The position numbers and the translations under genes were made by a program. 64,000 nt of DNA from Candidatus Latescibacterota bacterium. GTDB lineage: Bacteria > Latescibacterota > UBA2968 > GCA-2709665. The stretch covers positions 512,001 through 576,000 of the forward strand of contig OZ250150.1 of assembly GCA_965237675.1 (NCBI GenBank), given 5' to 3'. Below, piece by piece: positions 50,563 through 60,787 of the stretch; positions within the stretch are counted from its first letter, which is position 1; each line of letters opens with the position of its first letter. The notes under the pieces are model-generated. The model was given only the letters and a program-made list of their open reading frames with translations, was not told where the DNA came from and searched no databases.

Positions 50563-51357
50563 ATGTCCAGTCATAGACCGATCTATTCCCGGACGCAGGA
50601 AAGGGAGCGGATTTCTCACGAGGAGCCCGCGCCCCGATCGCCGGTTCGCATTTTACGGTGGATTGTGGTTCTCGCCCTGGTCGGACTGCTGCTGTTCGGG
50701 ATCCAGAACGCGTATTCGGCGCTCACCGATTCCGACCTGTTTCGGTTGGACCACATTACCGTGGTGGGCAACAGGCTGTTGAAGGAGCGGGAGGTTGCGA
50801 TTCTTTCGGGCCTGGAGATTGGCGTCAACCTGTTCGCGGCCGATCTTAGAGCGGCTACACAGCGGCTAGTGGCCGATCCGAAGATTAAGGATGCATTGTT
50901 GTTGAGGCAGCCTCCGGGCGGGTTGCTCATCGAACTGCAGGAGAGACATCCGCTTGCACTGGCCGCAACGTCGGAAGGGCTGCATGGGCTGGACGGGGAT
51001 GGTGTACTTTTTCCACTGCCGCAGGCGCCGTTCAATCTGCCGATCGTGACAGGTATAGAAACGGCCGCGGATTCATCGGGGGATTACCGGTTTTCTCACC
51101 TCGTTGCTTTCCTGGAACAGCTCCGTTTAAAGGAACCGGCGTTTCTGGAAGAGGTCTCCGAGGTACACATGGTTTCTGTCACGGAGGCTCGGGTCTATCT
51201 GGTGGGAGATGGAATGACACTACGGATGCGACTTGAAAACCCGGCCGGTCAAGTCCGGCGTTTTGATGCGTTTGTAAAGGCGGGGGCACACAGAATTCAG
51301 ACGCCCGCCTACGTCGATCTCCGGTTTTCGAATCAGGTTGTCGTTGGTACAAGCTAA
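50563..51357 (+). CDS. ftsQ: Cell division protein FtsQ
   Basis: TM helix, POTRA-like region, C-terminal YVDLRF..QVVV. Confidence 0.9.
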   Translation: MSSHRPIYSRTQERERISHEEPAPRSPVRILRWIVVLALVGLLLFGIQNAYSALTDSDLFRLDHITVVGNRLLKEREVAILSGLEIGVNLFAADLRAATQRLVADPKIKDALLLRQPPGGLLIELQERHPLALAATSEGLHGLDGDGVLFPLPQAPFNLPIVTGIETAADSSGDYRFSHLVAFLEQLRLKEPAFLEEVSEVHMVSVTEARVYLVGDGMTLRMRLENPAGQVRRFDAFVKAGAHRIQTPAYVDLRFSNQVVVGTS

Positions 51358-51414
51358 GGGTTCCGAAAACCTGTTTCCAGCACCGGACCGGTCGTAGTTG
51401 GAAAGGAAATTCGG

Positions 51415-52650
51415 ATGGCCAAAATGGATCAGATCGTTGGAATGGATATCGGAACGACCAAAATATGTGTGGTCGTGGCCGAGGTGGAAGAAGACGATCA
51501 GCTCAGAATCACGGGTGTAGGCACTAGCCAGTCCAACGGGCTGAAACGTGGAGCTGTGGTGAACGTGGCCCAAACCGTCCAATCCATCCAACGCGCTGTC
51601 GAAGAAGCTGAACAGGCCTCGGACGTACGTATCGGGGCGGTTTACGCCGGCATCGCGGGAGATCACATTCGCAGCCTGAATTGCCGTGGTGTGATCGCGG
51701 TATCCGGATCCGACAACGAAATTACCGCTCAGGATGAGGCGCGTGTGATCGAAACCGCCAAGGCGGTTTCGATTCCTATGGACCGGGAAATCATCCACGT
51801 GTTGCCCCAGTCGTTTGTGGTAGACGACCAGCCGGGAGTCAAGAATCCGATCGGGATGTCGGGCGTGCGCCTGGAGGTCGACGTGCATATGGTGACGGGT
51901 TCCGTCACGTCGGCACAGAACATATGCAAAAGCATCCGAAGGGCAGGTGTGGAGGTTGTCGATCTCGTGCTGGAGCCGTTGGCATCCAGCTATGCCGTAT
52001 TGTCGCCTGAGGAAGAAGAGATGGGCGTGATGCTGGTCGACATTGGCGGTGGCACAACCGACATTGCGGTGTTTTACGACGGGAGCATACGGCATACGGC
52101 CGTCGTGGGGCTGGGGGGCGAGAACGTAACACATGACATTTCAATTGGATTGCGAACGTCCCCTGGCAAGGCGGAGAGCATCAAGCGCTCCCACGGCTGT
52201 TCTTCCCGCTCGTTGGTCGACAAGGACGAGGCAATAAGTGTTCCCGGCATTGGCGGCCGGCCCTCCTACGAAGTACCCCGTGAAGAACTGTCGGCGATTA
52301 TCGAAGCGCGCATGGAGGAAATTTTCACCCTGGTACACCGGGAAATTCGCAGGACCGATTATGCCGATCTGCTGGCGGCCGGCGTCGTCATTACAGGCGG
52401 TGGATCGATGCTCGAGGGAACCGTTGAGTTGGCGGAGGCAGTATTTGGAATGCCGGTCAGCGTGGGCGTTCCCAACGGCGTGACCGGCCTTTCGGACGAT
52501 GTCATAGCGCCCATTTACGCTACGGGTGTCGGCTTGGTGAAATTCGGTCTGCAGCAACAGGAATTTGGTGGCGGATTGCGGGTTGGCGGCAATAATTCGT
52601 TCGGTTCAATACTGAGCAGAATGAAGGGGTGGGTGAAGGACCTTTTCTAA
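51415..52650 (+). CDS. ftsA: Cell division protein FtsA
   Basis: DIGTTKI, DIGGGTT, TGGG, YATGVGL. Confidence 0.97.
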   Translation: MAKMDQIVGMDIGTTKICVVVAEVEEDDQLRITGVGTSQSNGLKRGAVVNVAQTVQSIQRAVEEAEQASDVRIGAVYAGIAGDHIRSLNCRGVIAVSGSDNEITAQDEARVIETAKAVSIPMDREIIHVLPQSFVVDDQPGVKNPIGMSGVRLEVDVHMVTGSVTSAQNICKSIRRAGVEVVDLVLEPLASSYAVLSPEEEEMGVMLVDIGGGTTDIAVFYDGSIRHTAVVGLGGENVTHDISIGLRTSPGKAESIKRSHGCSSRSLVDKDEAISVPGIGGRPSYEVPREELSAIIEARMEEIFTLVHREIRRTDYADLLAAGVVITGGGSMLEGTVELAEAVFGMPVSVGVPNGVTGLSDDVIAPIYATGVGLVKFGLQQQEFGGGLRVGGNNSFGSILSRMKGWVKDLF

Positions 52651-52812
52651 GAGGCTGTCTTGAAATTCCTGGTGCGTTCCCGAGCGCGAGCGAAAATGTG
52701 TCGGTCCAGGCGGGCGAACCCGCCCCTATCTAAAGATACGGGTCGGTTTGACCAACGCCGACCGACGCTTTTGCAGCCGCGCGAAGACAGCTGGGGGTTT
52801 TAAGACAGCTTC
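52651..52812. mobile_element. MITE family B (162 bp) with TAA target duplication
   Basis: TIRs gaggctgtcttgaaa and tttaagacagcttc; TAA on both sides (52648-50, the ftsA stop; 52813-15). Confidence 0.75.
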
Positions 52813-52924
52813 TAAGGCGAACAACGGCCGGGTCAGGCCGGATTCACAACAAATACGCTTGCCAACGGATGGGTCGACCGAACGGGTTGCCCACTTCACA
52901 ATTCGAATTGATAGGAGATGCTAC

Positions 52925-54088
52925 ATGGTGACATTCTCGATTGTTGACAATGAAAACCAGGCGAAGATGCGGGTGGTGGGTGTCGGCGGCGCCGGGGGCA
53001 ACGCGGTGAACCGGATGATCGCAGCGGAACTCAAGGGTGTGGAGTTTATCGCGGTCAATTCGGATCTGCAGGATCTGGATAAATCGGAAGCATCAAAACG
53101 TGTACAGATTGGCCAGGGGATCACAAAAGGGCTGGGCGCGGGCGCAAATCCGGATACTGGACGGCAGGCCATGGAGGAAGACCGGGACCACCTCACGGAA
53201 CTGCTGTCCGGTTCGGATATGGTGTTCGTCACCGCCGGTATGGGTGGGGGCACCGGTACGGGCGCTGCGCCGGTGGTGGCGGAGATCGCAAGAGAGGTTG
53301 GAGCTCTGACAGTTGGCATTGTGACCAAGCCATTCGAAATGGAGGGCGTACCCCGGCTGCGTAACGCGGAGATGGGCATCGCTCAGTTGAAGGATTCCGT
53401 GGATACGCTCATCGTAATCCCAAATCAGCGCCTTCTGGACATCTGTTCCGAGGAGACGACGCTGCGCGAGGCGTTTAGAGTGGCGGACGACGTTCTGCTA
53501 CAGGCCACACGCGGGATTTCGGATCTGATTGCGATGCCGGGCGAAGTCAATCTGGATTTCAATGACGTGCGCACGGTCATGCAACAGGGCGGAGACGCTT
53601 TGATGGGAACCGGGACGGCCAAGGGTGAAGGCCGCGCAATCCATGCAGCCGAGGCAGCCATCAAGAGCCCCTTGCTGGAAGATCTGTCCATTGATGGCGC
53701 AAAGTACGTGCTGGTAAATATCGCTGCCGGGAGTGAGCTGAAACTGTTTGAAGTGGACGAATCGGTATCTACCGTTACCAAGGCAGTTGGCCCCGAGGCG
53801 AATATTATCTGGGGCACCGTGTTGGATGATGCGCTCAGCGATGAACTACGGGTAACGGTGATTGCCACGGGTTTTGCCACGGGAGAGGATCTCGTTGAAA
53901 CGAAAGAACGGCGAGTTCCGACGGACAACCCTCTCGGTCTCGATGTTCCGGCGTATATGCGCAAAGCCGACACCGCCGAGGCCACGGAGCCGCAAACTGC
54001 CCCGGAGGAAAACATAGAGGGGGACGTCTCACTGGACGACCTGGAAATTCCGTCGTTTCTGCGGCGGCGTATGAAGGATACGGCCTGA
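52925..54088 (+). CDS. ftsZ: Cell division protein FtsZ
   Basis: GVGGAGGNA, GMGGGTGTG, NLDFNDV, C-terminal LEIPSFLR. Confidence 0.98.
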   Translation: MVTFSIVDNENQAKMRVVGVGGAGGNAVNRMIAAELKGVEFIAVNSDLQDLDKSEASKRVQIGQGITKGLGAGANPDTGRQAMEEDRDHLTELLSGSDMVFVTAGMGGGTGTGAAPVVAEIAREVGALTVGIVTKPFEMEGVPRLRNAEMGIAQLKDSVDTLIVIPNQRLLDICSEETTLREAFRVADDVLLQATRGISDLIAMPGEVNLDFNDVRTVMQQGGDALMGTGTAKGEGRAIHAAEAAIKSPLLEDLSIDGAKYVLVNIAAGSELKLFEVDESVSTVTKAVGPEANIIWGTVLDDALSDELRVTVIATGFATGEDLVETKERRVPTDNPLGLDVPAYMRKADTAEATEPQTAPEENIEGDVSLDDLEIPSFLRRRMKDTA

Positions 54089-54148
54089 CACACGCGGGCG
54101 CTCCAACGCCGGCACGTACATTTTTGGGGGTGACGGAGGAACAAGGGC

Positions 54149-55138
54149 ATGGAGAAGGTGCAATGGGGTATCGTGGGATGTGGCGATGTCACGGAGGTGA
54201 AGAGCGGACCGGGATTTCAGGAAGCGAAGTCGTCGAAGCTGGTGGCGGTGATGCGGCGGGATATAGACAAGGCGGCGGACTACACAAGAAGACATGGAGT
54301 ACCGCGGTTCTACGGGCAAGCGGAGGCGTTGATTGAGGACGCCGAGGTCGACGCCGTTTATGTGGCGACCCCGCCGTCTTCTCATTTTGAACTGGCGCTG
54401 AAGGTGGCGCGCGCCGGGAAGCCATGTCTTGTCGAAAAACCCATGGCGATGAATCACGGCGAGTGCCAGAGGATGGTGGCGGCCTTCCGGGAGAGAGGGC
54501 AACCGCTTTTTGTAGCGTATTACAGGCGGGCGCTGCCTCGATTCTTGCGGGTTCGGGAGTTGCTTTTGGAAGGGGTAGTCGGCGAGTTGAGTTCAGTACA
54601 TATCGTCCATTACGATCCGCTTGCACGGGGTGACGCGGCGAGTGGCTGGCGATACAGGCCGGAAATCTCGGGTGGGGGGCTGTTTATGGATTTGGGATCG
54701 CATGGTCTGGATTTGCTGGATTTTCTGGTGTGTCCGATTAAACGGGTTGGGGGTTTTGCTGCAAATACGGGCTGCACCTACAAGGCGGAGGATGCGGTGG
54801 CCGCCAGTTTTGAATTTGAATCCGGGATCGTAGGAACGGGTATTTGGAATTTTAACGCGGATTTTTCCGAAGATCGAATGACGTTTACGGGGTCGGAAGG
54901 GGAAGTGCAGTGTCCGGTTTTCTCGGATACCGATATTCTGGTCAAGAAGGGCGGCGTGACAACGGTTCTGGAATATCGGAACCCTCACCACGTCCATCAG
55001 CCGCTGATCCAGACGGCAGTGGATGAACTCCTGGGCAGGGGCGCGTGCGAGTCGAGCGGCGAGAGTGCGGCGCGGACCGGTTGGGTGATGGATCGATGTC
55101 TGAAATCGTATTACAAAGAACGGAACCTGACGTCATAG
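54149..55138 (+). CDS. Gfo/Idh/MocA oxidoreductase
   Basis: WGIVGCGDV, VEKPMA, AYYRR, DLGSH. Confidence 0.92.
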   Translation: MEKVQWGIVGCGDVTEVKSGPGFQEAKSSKLVAVMRRDIDKAADYTRRHGVPRFYGQAEALIEDAEVDAVYVATPPSSHFELALKVARAGKPCLVEKPMAMNHGECQRMVAAFRERGQPLFVAYYRRALPRFLRVRELLLEGVVGELSSVHIVHYDPLARGDAASGWRYRPEISGGGLFMDLGSHGLDLLDFLVCPIKRVGGFAANTGCTYKAEDAVAASFEFESGIVGTGIWNFNADFSEDRMTFTGSEGEVQCPVFSDTDILVKKGGVTTVLEYRNPHHVHQPLIQTAVDELLGRGACESSGESAARTGWVMDRCLKSYYKERNLTS

Positions 55139-55218
55139 GGGGTCGTTCATCGGAGAAACATCCACAACAGGTTCAAAATAGCCAGGTTTCTTTAGACACG
55201 AACCCGCCCGGCCGAGGG

Positions 55219-56316
55219 TCAGGCGGTTTTCCCCGTTTGAAGGTATGCCTTCAGCGCGGATGGATCCATTCCCGCAATGCCCAGCTCACCAACGCCTCGA
55301 CCGGACGTCCAGCCGTCCACGCCGATGACGATGGATCCGATGTCGACCATCGCGCGTATTGTGGGAGCAGGTACACCGTACTGGGCACCGACCGAATGCC
55401 AGGCGGCCAGACCAAACGGAACGTCTTCGGTAAGCCAACGGCTTTCCAGCGAGCCCGGCGCTTTGAGACGGGTGAGCATGTAGCTGCCGTTGATCGTGGC
55501 CCAGAGATCGCCTCCCGGCCCGAAGCCGGCGCGATGAAAGGCGACATTCGCCGGGCAAAGATCGTATCCGAGTCGCCTGGCAACCGCGCGGCGTTCGTCG
55601 TCCACGCGGGTGATCACCCTGGCCACAGCAGGAGTGACGCCCTCTTCGTAGAAGTAGAATTCACCGCGGGAAAATTCCACTCGGCCGGCGTTCAGGAGGA
55701 CACCGACGGGATGAACCACCGGGTTCATTGCGGCCAGGCCGCAGGCCATCACGTCCGGGTAACCCGTTACGCCGGGAAAGAGGGAATCCAACCGTGTGCG
55801 CACATGTTCAAATTTACCGGCTGGCAGGACGCCCAGGCCCAGTCCGGTGACGATGCCCCATATTGTGGCGGAGTCCGGTGCGGTTTTGCGGCAAACGAAG
55901 GGGGCGGTGTCGACTTCGGCGAGAATGACACCCTCGGTTCCGGCCTCGCGGAGGATGCGCGCCCATTCAAGGGTCCCAAGGGTCCCGGGCATGATAACGA
56001 CGGTCTGACCCGGCCGCAGGTGCGGGGCACAGACTTCTGCAAAGGGTTTGTGAGCGTACGCGGGTACGATGAGCAGGATGACATCCGGTGATTCAAGGGC
56101 CTCTTCGATATCGGTCGTCATACGATGGATCCTGGCCGGACCCTGCCCGGCTTCGCCGAGCAGGTGGATGATGCCGTCGTCCACGACGGGCTCCAGGGAT
56201 TCCTTGAAATCGGGAATCTCGTAGAGCGTAATTGCAAAGCCCTTCAGGCTGAGGTTGGCGGCCACGGCAAAAGCCGTGTTTCCGCCGCCCAGGACGGTTA
56301 CGGATTTAATGGACAT
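55219..56316 (-). CDS. NAD/NADP octopine/nopaline (opine) dehydrogenase family protein
   Basis: VLGGGN, NPVVHP, FYFYEEG.T, RWLTEDVPFGL. Confidence 0.88.
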   Translation of the reverse strand: MSIKSVTVLGGGNTAFAVAANLSLKGFAITLYEIPDFKESLEPVVDDGIIHLLGEAGQGPARIHRMTTDIEEALESPDVILLIVPAYAHKPFAEVCAPHLRPGQTVVIMPGTLGTLEWARILREAGTEGVILAEVDTAPFVCRKTAPDSATIWGIVTGLGLGVLPAGKFEHVRTRLDSLFPGVTGYPDVMACGLAAMNPVVHPVGVLLNAGRVEFSRGEFYFYEEGVTPAVARVITRVDDERRAVARRLGYDLCPANVAFHRAGFGPGGDLWATINGSYMLTRLKAPGSLESRWLTEDVPFGLAAWHSVGAQYGVPAPTIRAMVDIGSIVIGVDGWTSGRGVGELGIAGMDPSALKAYLQTGKTA

Positions 56317-56602
56317 GACGGACGCCTCTTATGTGTACGAGCACGATACGCAATTGGATTTGTCGTTGATTTGCAACCGGACTGGCAGATCAACGACACG
56401 TTACATGTCAGGCATAAATATATACTGGATGCCGTGCGCGGACAAGCCCTGATCCGTTCAGATCCGTTGTTGAACCCATCTGACGAGTTAACTGTTTCGC
56501 CGCTCATCCAGGCTGGAGTTCAGGACGAGACGCCTTTCTGGGGTCGCCTTTGCCACTACGATGGCGTATCCCTCTCCGCCCGTTCAACCCGAGGAGGAAA
56601 CA

Positions 56603-57112
56603 TTGCCCTACGAGGACCACAAAAAGCAGGCACAGGGTGCCGTTAACTGCGCCGTACTCACCATCAGCGACACGCGGACCGAAGCCGACGACAAGAGTGG
56701 AAAGATAATGCGGGACCTGCTGGAAACCGGTGGTCACACGACGGGCTTTTACCGGATCGTCCCGGACGACCCGGTCCGAATCCGGGACCTGATCATCAAG
56801 GTTACCGATAGAGGCAATTGTCAGGCGATTCTGACCAGCGGCGGCACGGGCATCGCGGCACGAGACACCACCTACGAAGCCGTGGTAGGCCTGCTTGAAA
56901 AACGGTTGGACGGCTTCGGCGAACTCTTCCGTTTCTTAAGTTGGGATGATATCGGCTCTGGCGCCATGCTCTCTCGCGCCGTCGCTGGCGTCTACCGCGA
57001 CACGATGATATTCTGCATGCCCGGCTCCTCCGGCGCCGTACGCCTCGCGATGGAAAAACTCATCGTTCCCGAACTCTCGCACCTGGTCTGGGAAATCTGG
57101 CGACAAAAGTAG
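56603..57112 (+). CDS. moaB: Molybdenum cofactor biosynthesis protein MoaB/MogA
   Basis: TISDTR...DKSG, GGTGI..RD.T, GFGELFR, SRA.AG, PGS; RBS gaggagg before TTG. Confidence 0.9.
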   Translation: MPYEDHKKQAQGAVNCAVLTISDTRTEADDKSGKIMRDLLETGGHTTGFYRIVPDDPVRIRDLIIKVTDRGNCQAILTSGGTGIAARDTTYEAVVGLLEKRLDGFGELFRFLSWDDIGSGAMLSRAVAGVYRDTMIFCMPGSSGAVRLAMEKLIVPELSHLVWEIWRQK

Positions 57113-57318
57113 CCCTCGGCCCGGGTGGCGGCCAGGAATCCCGATAAGATCCGTCGGATTTCGTTCACGCCTCCGAGGGTCCTGGCGCGGCAATCGGGGG
57201 ACGTGGGTGATCTTGCCTGCCTGCCGCCGGAAAGAGGCAAACCCACCGCAAATCGTCCCGAAAGGCCGTGTCTGGATATATTCGTTTTGAACCATTTCGT
57301 CATTCACGAAGGGATATC

Positions 57319-58662
57319 ATGATCATCCGCGCGGTTCTTATCCTGGTGCTGCTTGTCTTCGTCGCCTGCGCGCGATTCGCCCGCACCCACGAAGCCGTAA
57401 TTCCTCGTCAATTCAACGCATCTTACAACACGGCCGCCCACGATGCCCGTCCCTCTCCCGTGCCGGACCGCATCGTACTCACGTGGACCGGCGATCCGGC
57501 CAGTTCTCAGGCCGTCACCTGGCGAACCGATTCAACCGTTACATTGGCCTTTGTGGAATTTGCGCCCGCTGCAGCCTCCCCGCGGTTCATGCTCCATGCT
57601 CGAAAGATCCAGGCGCGCACAAAGTCCGTCACGACGGAAAACGGCTCTTCACACTATCATTCCGCCGTCATTAGCGATCTCCAGCCTGGCACCCTCTACG
57701 CTTACCGTGTCGGCAGCGGCGACATGTGGAGCGAATGGTTTCAATTCCAAACGGCCATGGATGAACCCGCACCGTTTTCCTTTATCTACCTCGGCGACGC
57801 CCAGAACAATATCCTGTCTCTCTGGTCCCGCACCATCCGCGCCGCGTATGCCACCGCGCCACATGCAAGCTTCATCCTGCACGCCGGCGACCTCGTCAAC
57901 CGCGCCAACAGCGACGGCGAGTGGGGTGAATGGTTCCGGGCCGGCGCCTTTCTCCATGCAACCATCAACGCCGTTCCCACCCCGGGTAACCACGAATACG
58001 CCAAGGATCAGCAGGGTGTACGTCGGCTATCTCGCCTCTGGCGCCCCCACTTCACCCTGCCCGAGAACGGCCCCGAAGGCCTGGAAGAAACCGTATACTA
58101 TATAGACTATCAGGGCGCCCGCATCATCTCCCTCAATTCCAATGAAGAACGCGGCGACCAGGTACTCTGGCTGGAAACGGTCCTCCGGGAAAATCCGAAC
58201 CGATGGACCCTTGTCACGTTCCATCATCCCGTCTACTCCACCGGAGAAGGCAGGGACAACAAAACGTTGCGTGACCTGTGGAAACCCTTGTTCGACAGAT
58301 ACCGGGTAGACCTCGTACTACAGGGACACGACCACACCTACGGCCGCGGTTCCAATCTCCCTATGGGCACCATAGCCCGTGACGACGGAGACGGCACCGT
58401 CTACGTCGTCTCCGTGAGCGGACCTAAACAGTACAACCTCACGTCAAAACGGTGGTGGCGACGCGCAGCCGAAAACACACAGCTTTACCAGACCATCGCG
58501 GTGGACGGGGACACCCTGCGGTACGAAGCTCGAACGGCCACGTCCGACCTCTACGACGCATTCGACCTCATCAAACAAAAGGACGCTCCCAACATGCTCG
58601 TGGACCGCATCCCAGACACCCCGCTACGCACTCACCGAAACACCATCGGTGGTCGAGACTAG
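57319..58662 (+). CDS. Secreted purple-acid-phosphatase-like metallophosphoesterase with FN3 domain
   Basis: Signal peptide; GDAQ, GDLV, GNHE, HHP, GHDH. Confidence 0.9.
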   Translation: MIIRAVLILVLLVFVACARFARTHEAVIPRQFNASYNTAAHDARPSPVPDRIVLTWTGDPASSQAVTWRTDSTVTLAFVEFAPAAASPRFMLHARKIQARTKSVTTENGSSHYHSAVISDLQPGTLYAYRVGSGDMWSEWFQFQTAMDEPAPFSFIYLGDAQNNILSLWSRTIRAAYATAPHASFILHAGDLVNRANSDGEWGEWFRAGAFLHATINAVPTPGNHEYAKDQQGVRRLSRLWRPHFTLPENGPEGLEETVYYIDYQGARIISLNSNEERGDQVLWLETVLRENPNRWTLVTFHHPVYSTGEGRDNKTLRDLWKPLFDRYRVDLVLQGHDHTYGRGSNLPMGTIARDDGDGTVYVVSVSGPKQYNLTSKRWWRRAAENTQLYQTIAVDGDTLRYEARTATSDLYDAFDLIKQKDAPNMLVDRIPDTPLRTHRNTIGGRD

Positions 58663-58736
58663 TGTTCTGTCCCGGAAATAGATTGCCGATATTCGGCCGC
58701 CGAGGGATGGATTGTCGCCGGCCCGACAAACGGTGA
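58662..58736 (+). mobile_element. MITE family A partial, internally deleted copy
   Basis: TA+gtgttctgtcccggaaatagattgccgatattcggccg, nearly identical to the start of the 38230 copy. Confidence 0.7.
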
Positions 58737-58835
58737 AGTCGGTTTTATCTTGCGGTTCGAATCTGGCCGTAAACACAACGCTCATGTGTATTGACTTCTG
58801 ATCAAGAAACGGGCGCCGAAGGGCCGGGAGGGCTT

Positions 58836-59789
58836 ATGTCAAGGGTGGGGCTGATCGCGCATCCGGACTTTTCACAGCATGACACGGGCCCCGGGCACCC
58901 GGAACGACCTGAGAGGCTTCACGCAATCCAAAGCCGCCTGGACGATACCGGTCTCGGAGGCCGGCTCATTCACATTGCGCCAAGAATACTTGAAGCCAAC
59001 TGGCTCGAGAAAGTCCACACGTCCCGGCATATCGCCGATGTGCAACGCCGGTGTGAACAAAACATGCGCCTCATGGACGCAGCGGACACCTTTATCTGCC
59101 CAGCATCCTTCAACGTCGGCCTTCTCGCTGCAGGGGCAGCCTGCGAGGCGGTTGATGCCGTCATGAATAACCGTACAGACGCTGTATTCTGCGCCACGCG
59201 TCCACCGGGTCACCACGCGGAACCCGACAGAGCGATGGGTTTCTGCCTGTTCAACAACGTCGCCGTGTCCGTACGATATATCCAGTCCACCTATCGTCTG
59301 GAACGCATCCTCATCGTTGACTGGGACGTACATCACGGAAACGGCACGCAGCACATTTTCGAAGAAGACCCCAGCGTTTTTTACTTCAGTATCCATCAGT
59401 ACCCCCACTACCCGTGGTTCAGCGGCAGCGGCGGCGAAACAGGAATCGGAGCAGGCAAAGGCACGAACCTCAACGCGCCCATGCCCGCCGGCGCGGGCGA
59501 CGAGCAATACCTTCACGCATTCGACGAACTCCTGGCCCCGGCAATGGAACGCTTCCGTCCGGAATTCGTCATCGTCTCCGCGGGATTCGACGCGCACATC
59601 AACGACCCCCTGTCCAGCACGCTGGTCACCGAGGATGGATTTGCACAAATGACGCGCCGGACACAGCGAATCGCAAGGACCTATGCCAACGATCGTCTGA
59701 TCTCGGTTCTGGAAGGTGGCTACGGCCTCAACGGCCTCGCCCGTTCCGTCGAGTGCCACTTAACCGCCTTATTGGAAAACGGTGAGTAG
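58836..59789 (+). CDS. Histone deacetylase family (AcuC/AphA-like) amidohydrolase
   Basis: HPERPER, RPPGHHA, GFCLFNN, DWDVHHGNGT, SAGFDAH..DPL, LEGGY. Confidence 0.95.
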   Translation: MSRVGLIAHPDFSQHDTGPGHPERPERLHAIQSRLDDTGLGGRLIHIAPRILEANWLEKVHTSRHIADVQRRCEQNMRLMDAADTFICPASFNVGLLAAGAACEAVDAVMNNRTDAVFCATRPPGHHAEPDRAMGFCLFNNVAVSVRYIQSTYRLERILIVDWDVHHGNGTQHIFEEDPSVFYFSIHQYPHYPWFSGSGGETGIGAGKGTNLNAPMPAGAGDEQYLHAFDELLAPAMERFRPEFVIVSAGFDAHINDPLSSTLVTEDGFAQMTRRTQRIARTYANDRLISVLEGGYGLNGLARSVECHLTALLENGE

Positions 59790-59917
59790 ACCGAAACCAA
59801 TTTGAATCCGATTGTCTGCGGGCGGAACTTTTCACTCGACTCAGTCGTCTACTACCTTGGCTTCCCGCGCGTCGGCCTTCTTCGGTCGTTTGCGTCGAAC
59901 CCGTTCATGGAGGTTTA

Positions 59918-60787
59918 GTGAGCAAAAACGATCCCGCTGTTGCATTCCAGGGAGAAATGGGCGCCTTCAGCGAGATGGCCGCCCGCAGTTACTTCTGCGA
60001 AAACGTCCACGTAGTCCCACAGCCTGATTTCGAAGCCCTGTTCAACGCCGTCTCTGGCGGTGTATGCACGCACGGTATGGTACCCATTGAGAATTCCCTC
60101 ATGGGAAGCATTCACGAAAACTACGATCTGCTCCTCCAGCAGGATCTTTTAATCGTAGGCGAAATCAAACTGCGTATCATGCACAACCTCATTGTCAACC
60201 CGGGCGTCAGGATGGAAGACGTCAGACAGATCTACTCACAGGCGCCTGCCCTGGCGCAATGTACCGATTTCATTCGATCATTCGATGGTGTCGAAGCTGT
60301 GGTCGCCCACGACACCGCCGGCGCCGTCAAACAGATCAAGGAAGAGAACGCAAGAGACGCCGCAGCCATCGCCAGCGCACAGGCGGCTATCGACTACGAC
60401 CTGGAAATCCTTCGCGAAGGTCTTGAAAACGACCATCGGAATTACACCCGGTTTCTGGTCGTTGCCTCCGAACCGGCTGAACCCGTCGAACCCGCAAAAA
60501 CCACCGTCGTCTATGCACTGGATCACATCCCCGGAGCCCTTTTTAAGAGTCTGGGCGTATTTGCGATGCGGGATATCAACCTGCTCAAAATCGAATCGCG
60601 CCCCTTAAGGGGCCGGCCCTGGGAGTATGTCTTCTACCTGGATTTTGAAGGCCACGTATCCAGTGAAAAAAACCGACAGGCGGTTGAGCACCTCGAACAA
60701 ATGGCCAGCTTCCTCAAAATCCTGGGCTCCTACGCGCATGGCAAGACTGTCGAAGGCAGTCTGCGGGAAAAAAGGGTGGCCCCATGA
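59918..60787 (+). CDS. pheA: Prephenate dehydratase (PDT-ACT)
   Basis: AFQG..GAFSE, VPIENS, N.TRF, KIESRP. Confidence 0.93.
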   Translation: MSKNDPAVAFQGEMGAFSEMAARSYFCENVHVVPQPDFEALFNAVSGGVCTHGMVPIENSLMGSIHENYDLLLQQDLLIVGEIKLRIMHNLIVNPGVRMEDVRQIYSQAPALAQCTDFIRSFDGVEAVVAHDTAGAVKQIKEENARDAAAIASAQAAIDYDLEILREGLENDHRNYTRFLVVASEPAEPVEPAKTTVVYALDHIPGALFKSLGVFAMRDINLLKIESRPLRGRPWEYVFYLDFEGHVSSEKNRQAVEHLEQMASFLKILGSYAHGKTVEGSLREKRVAP

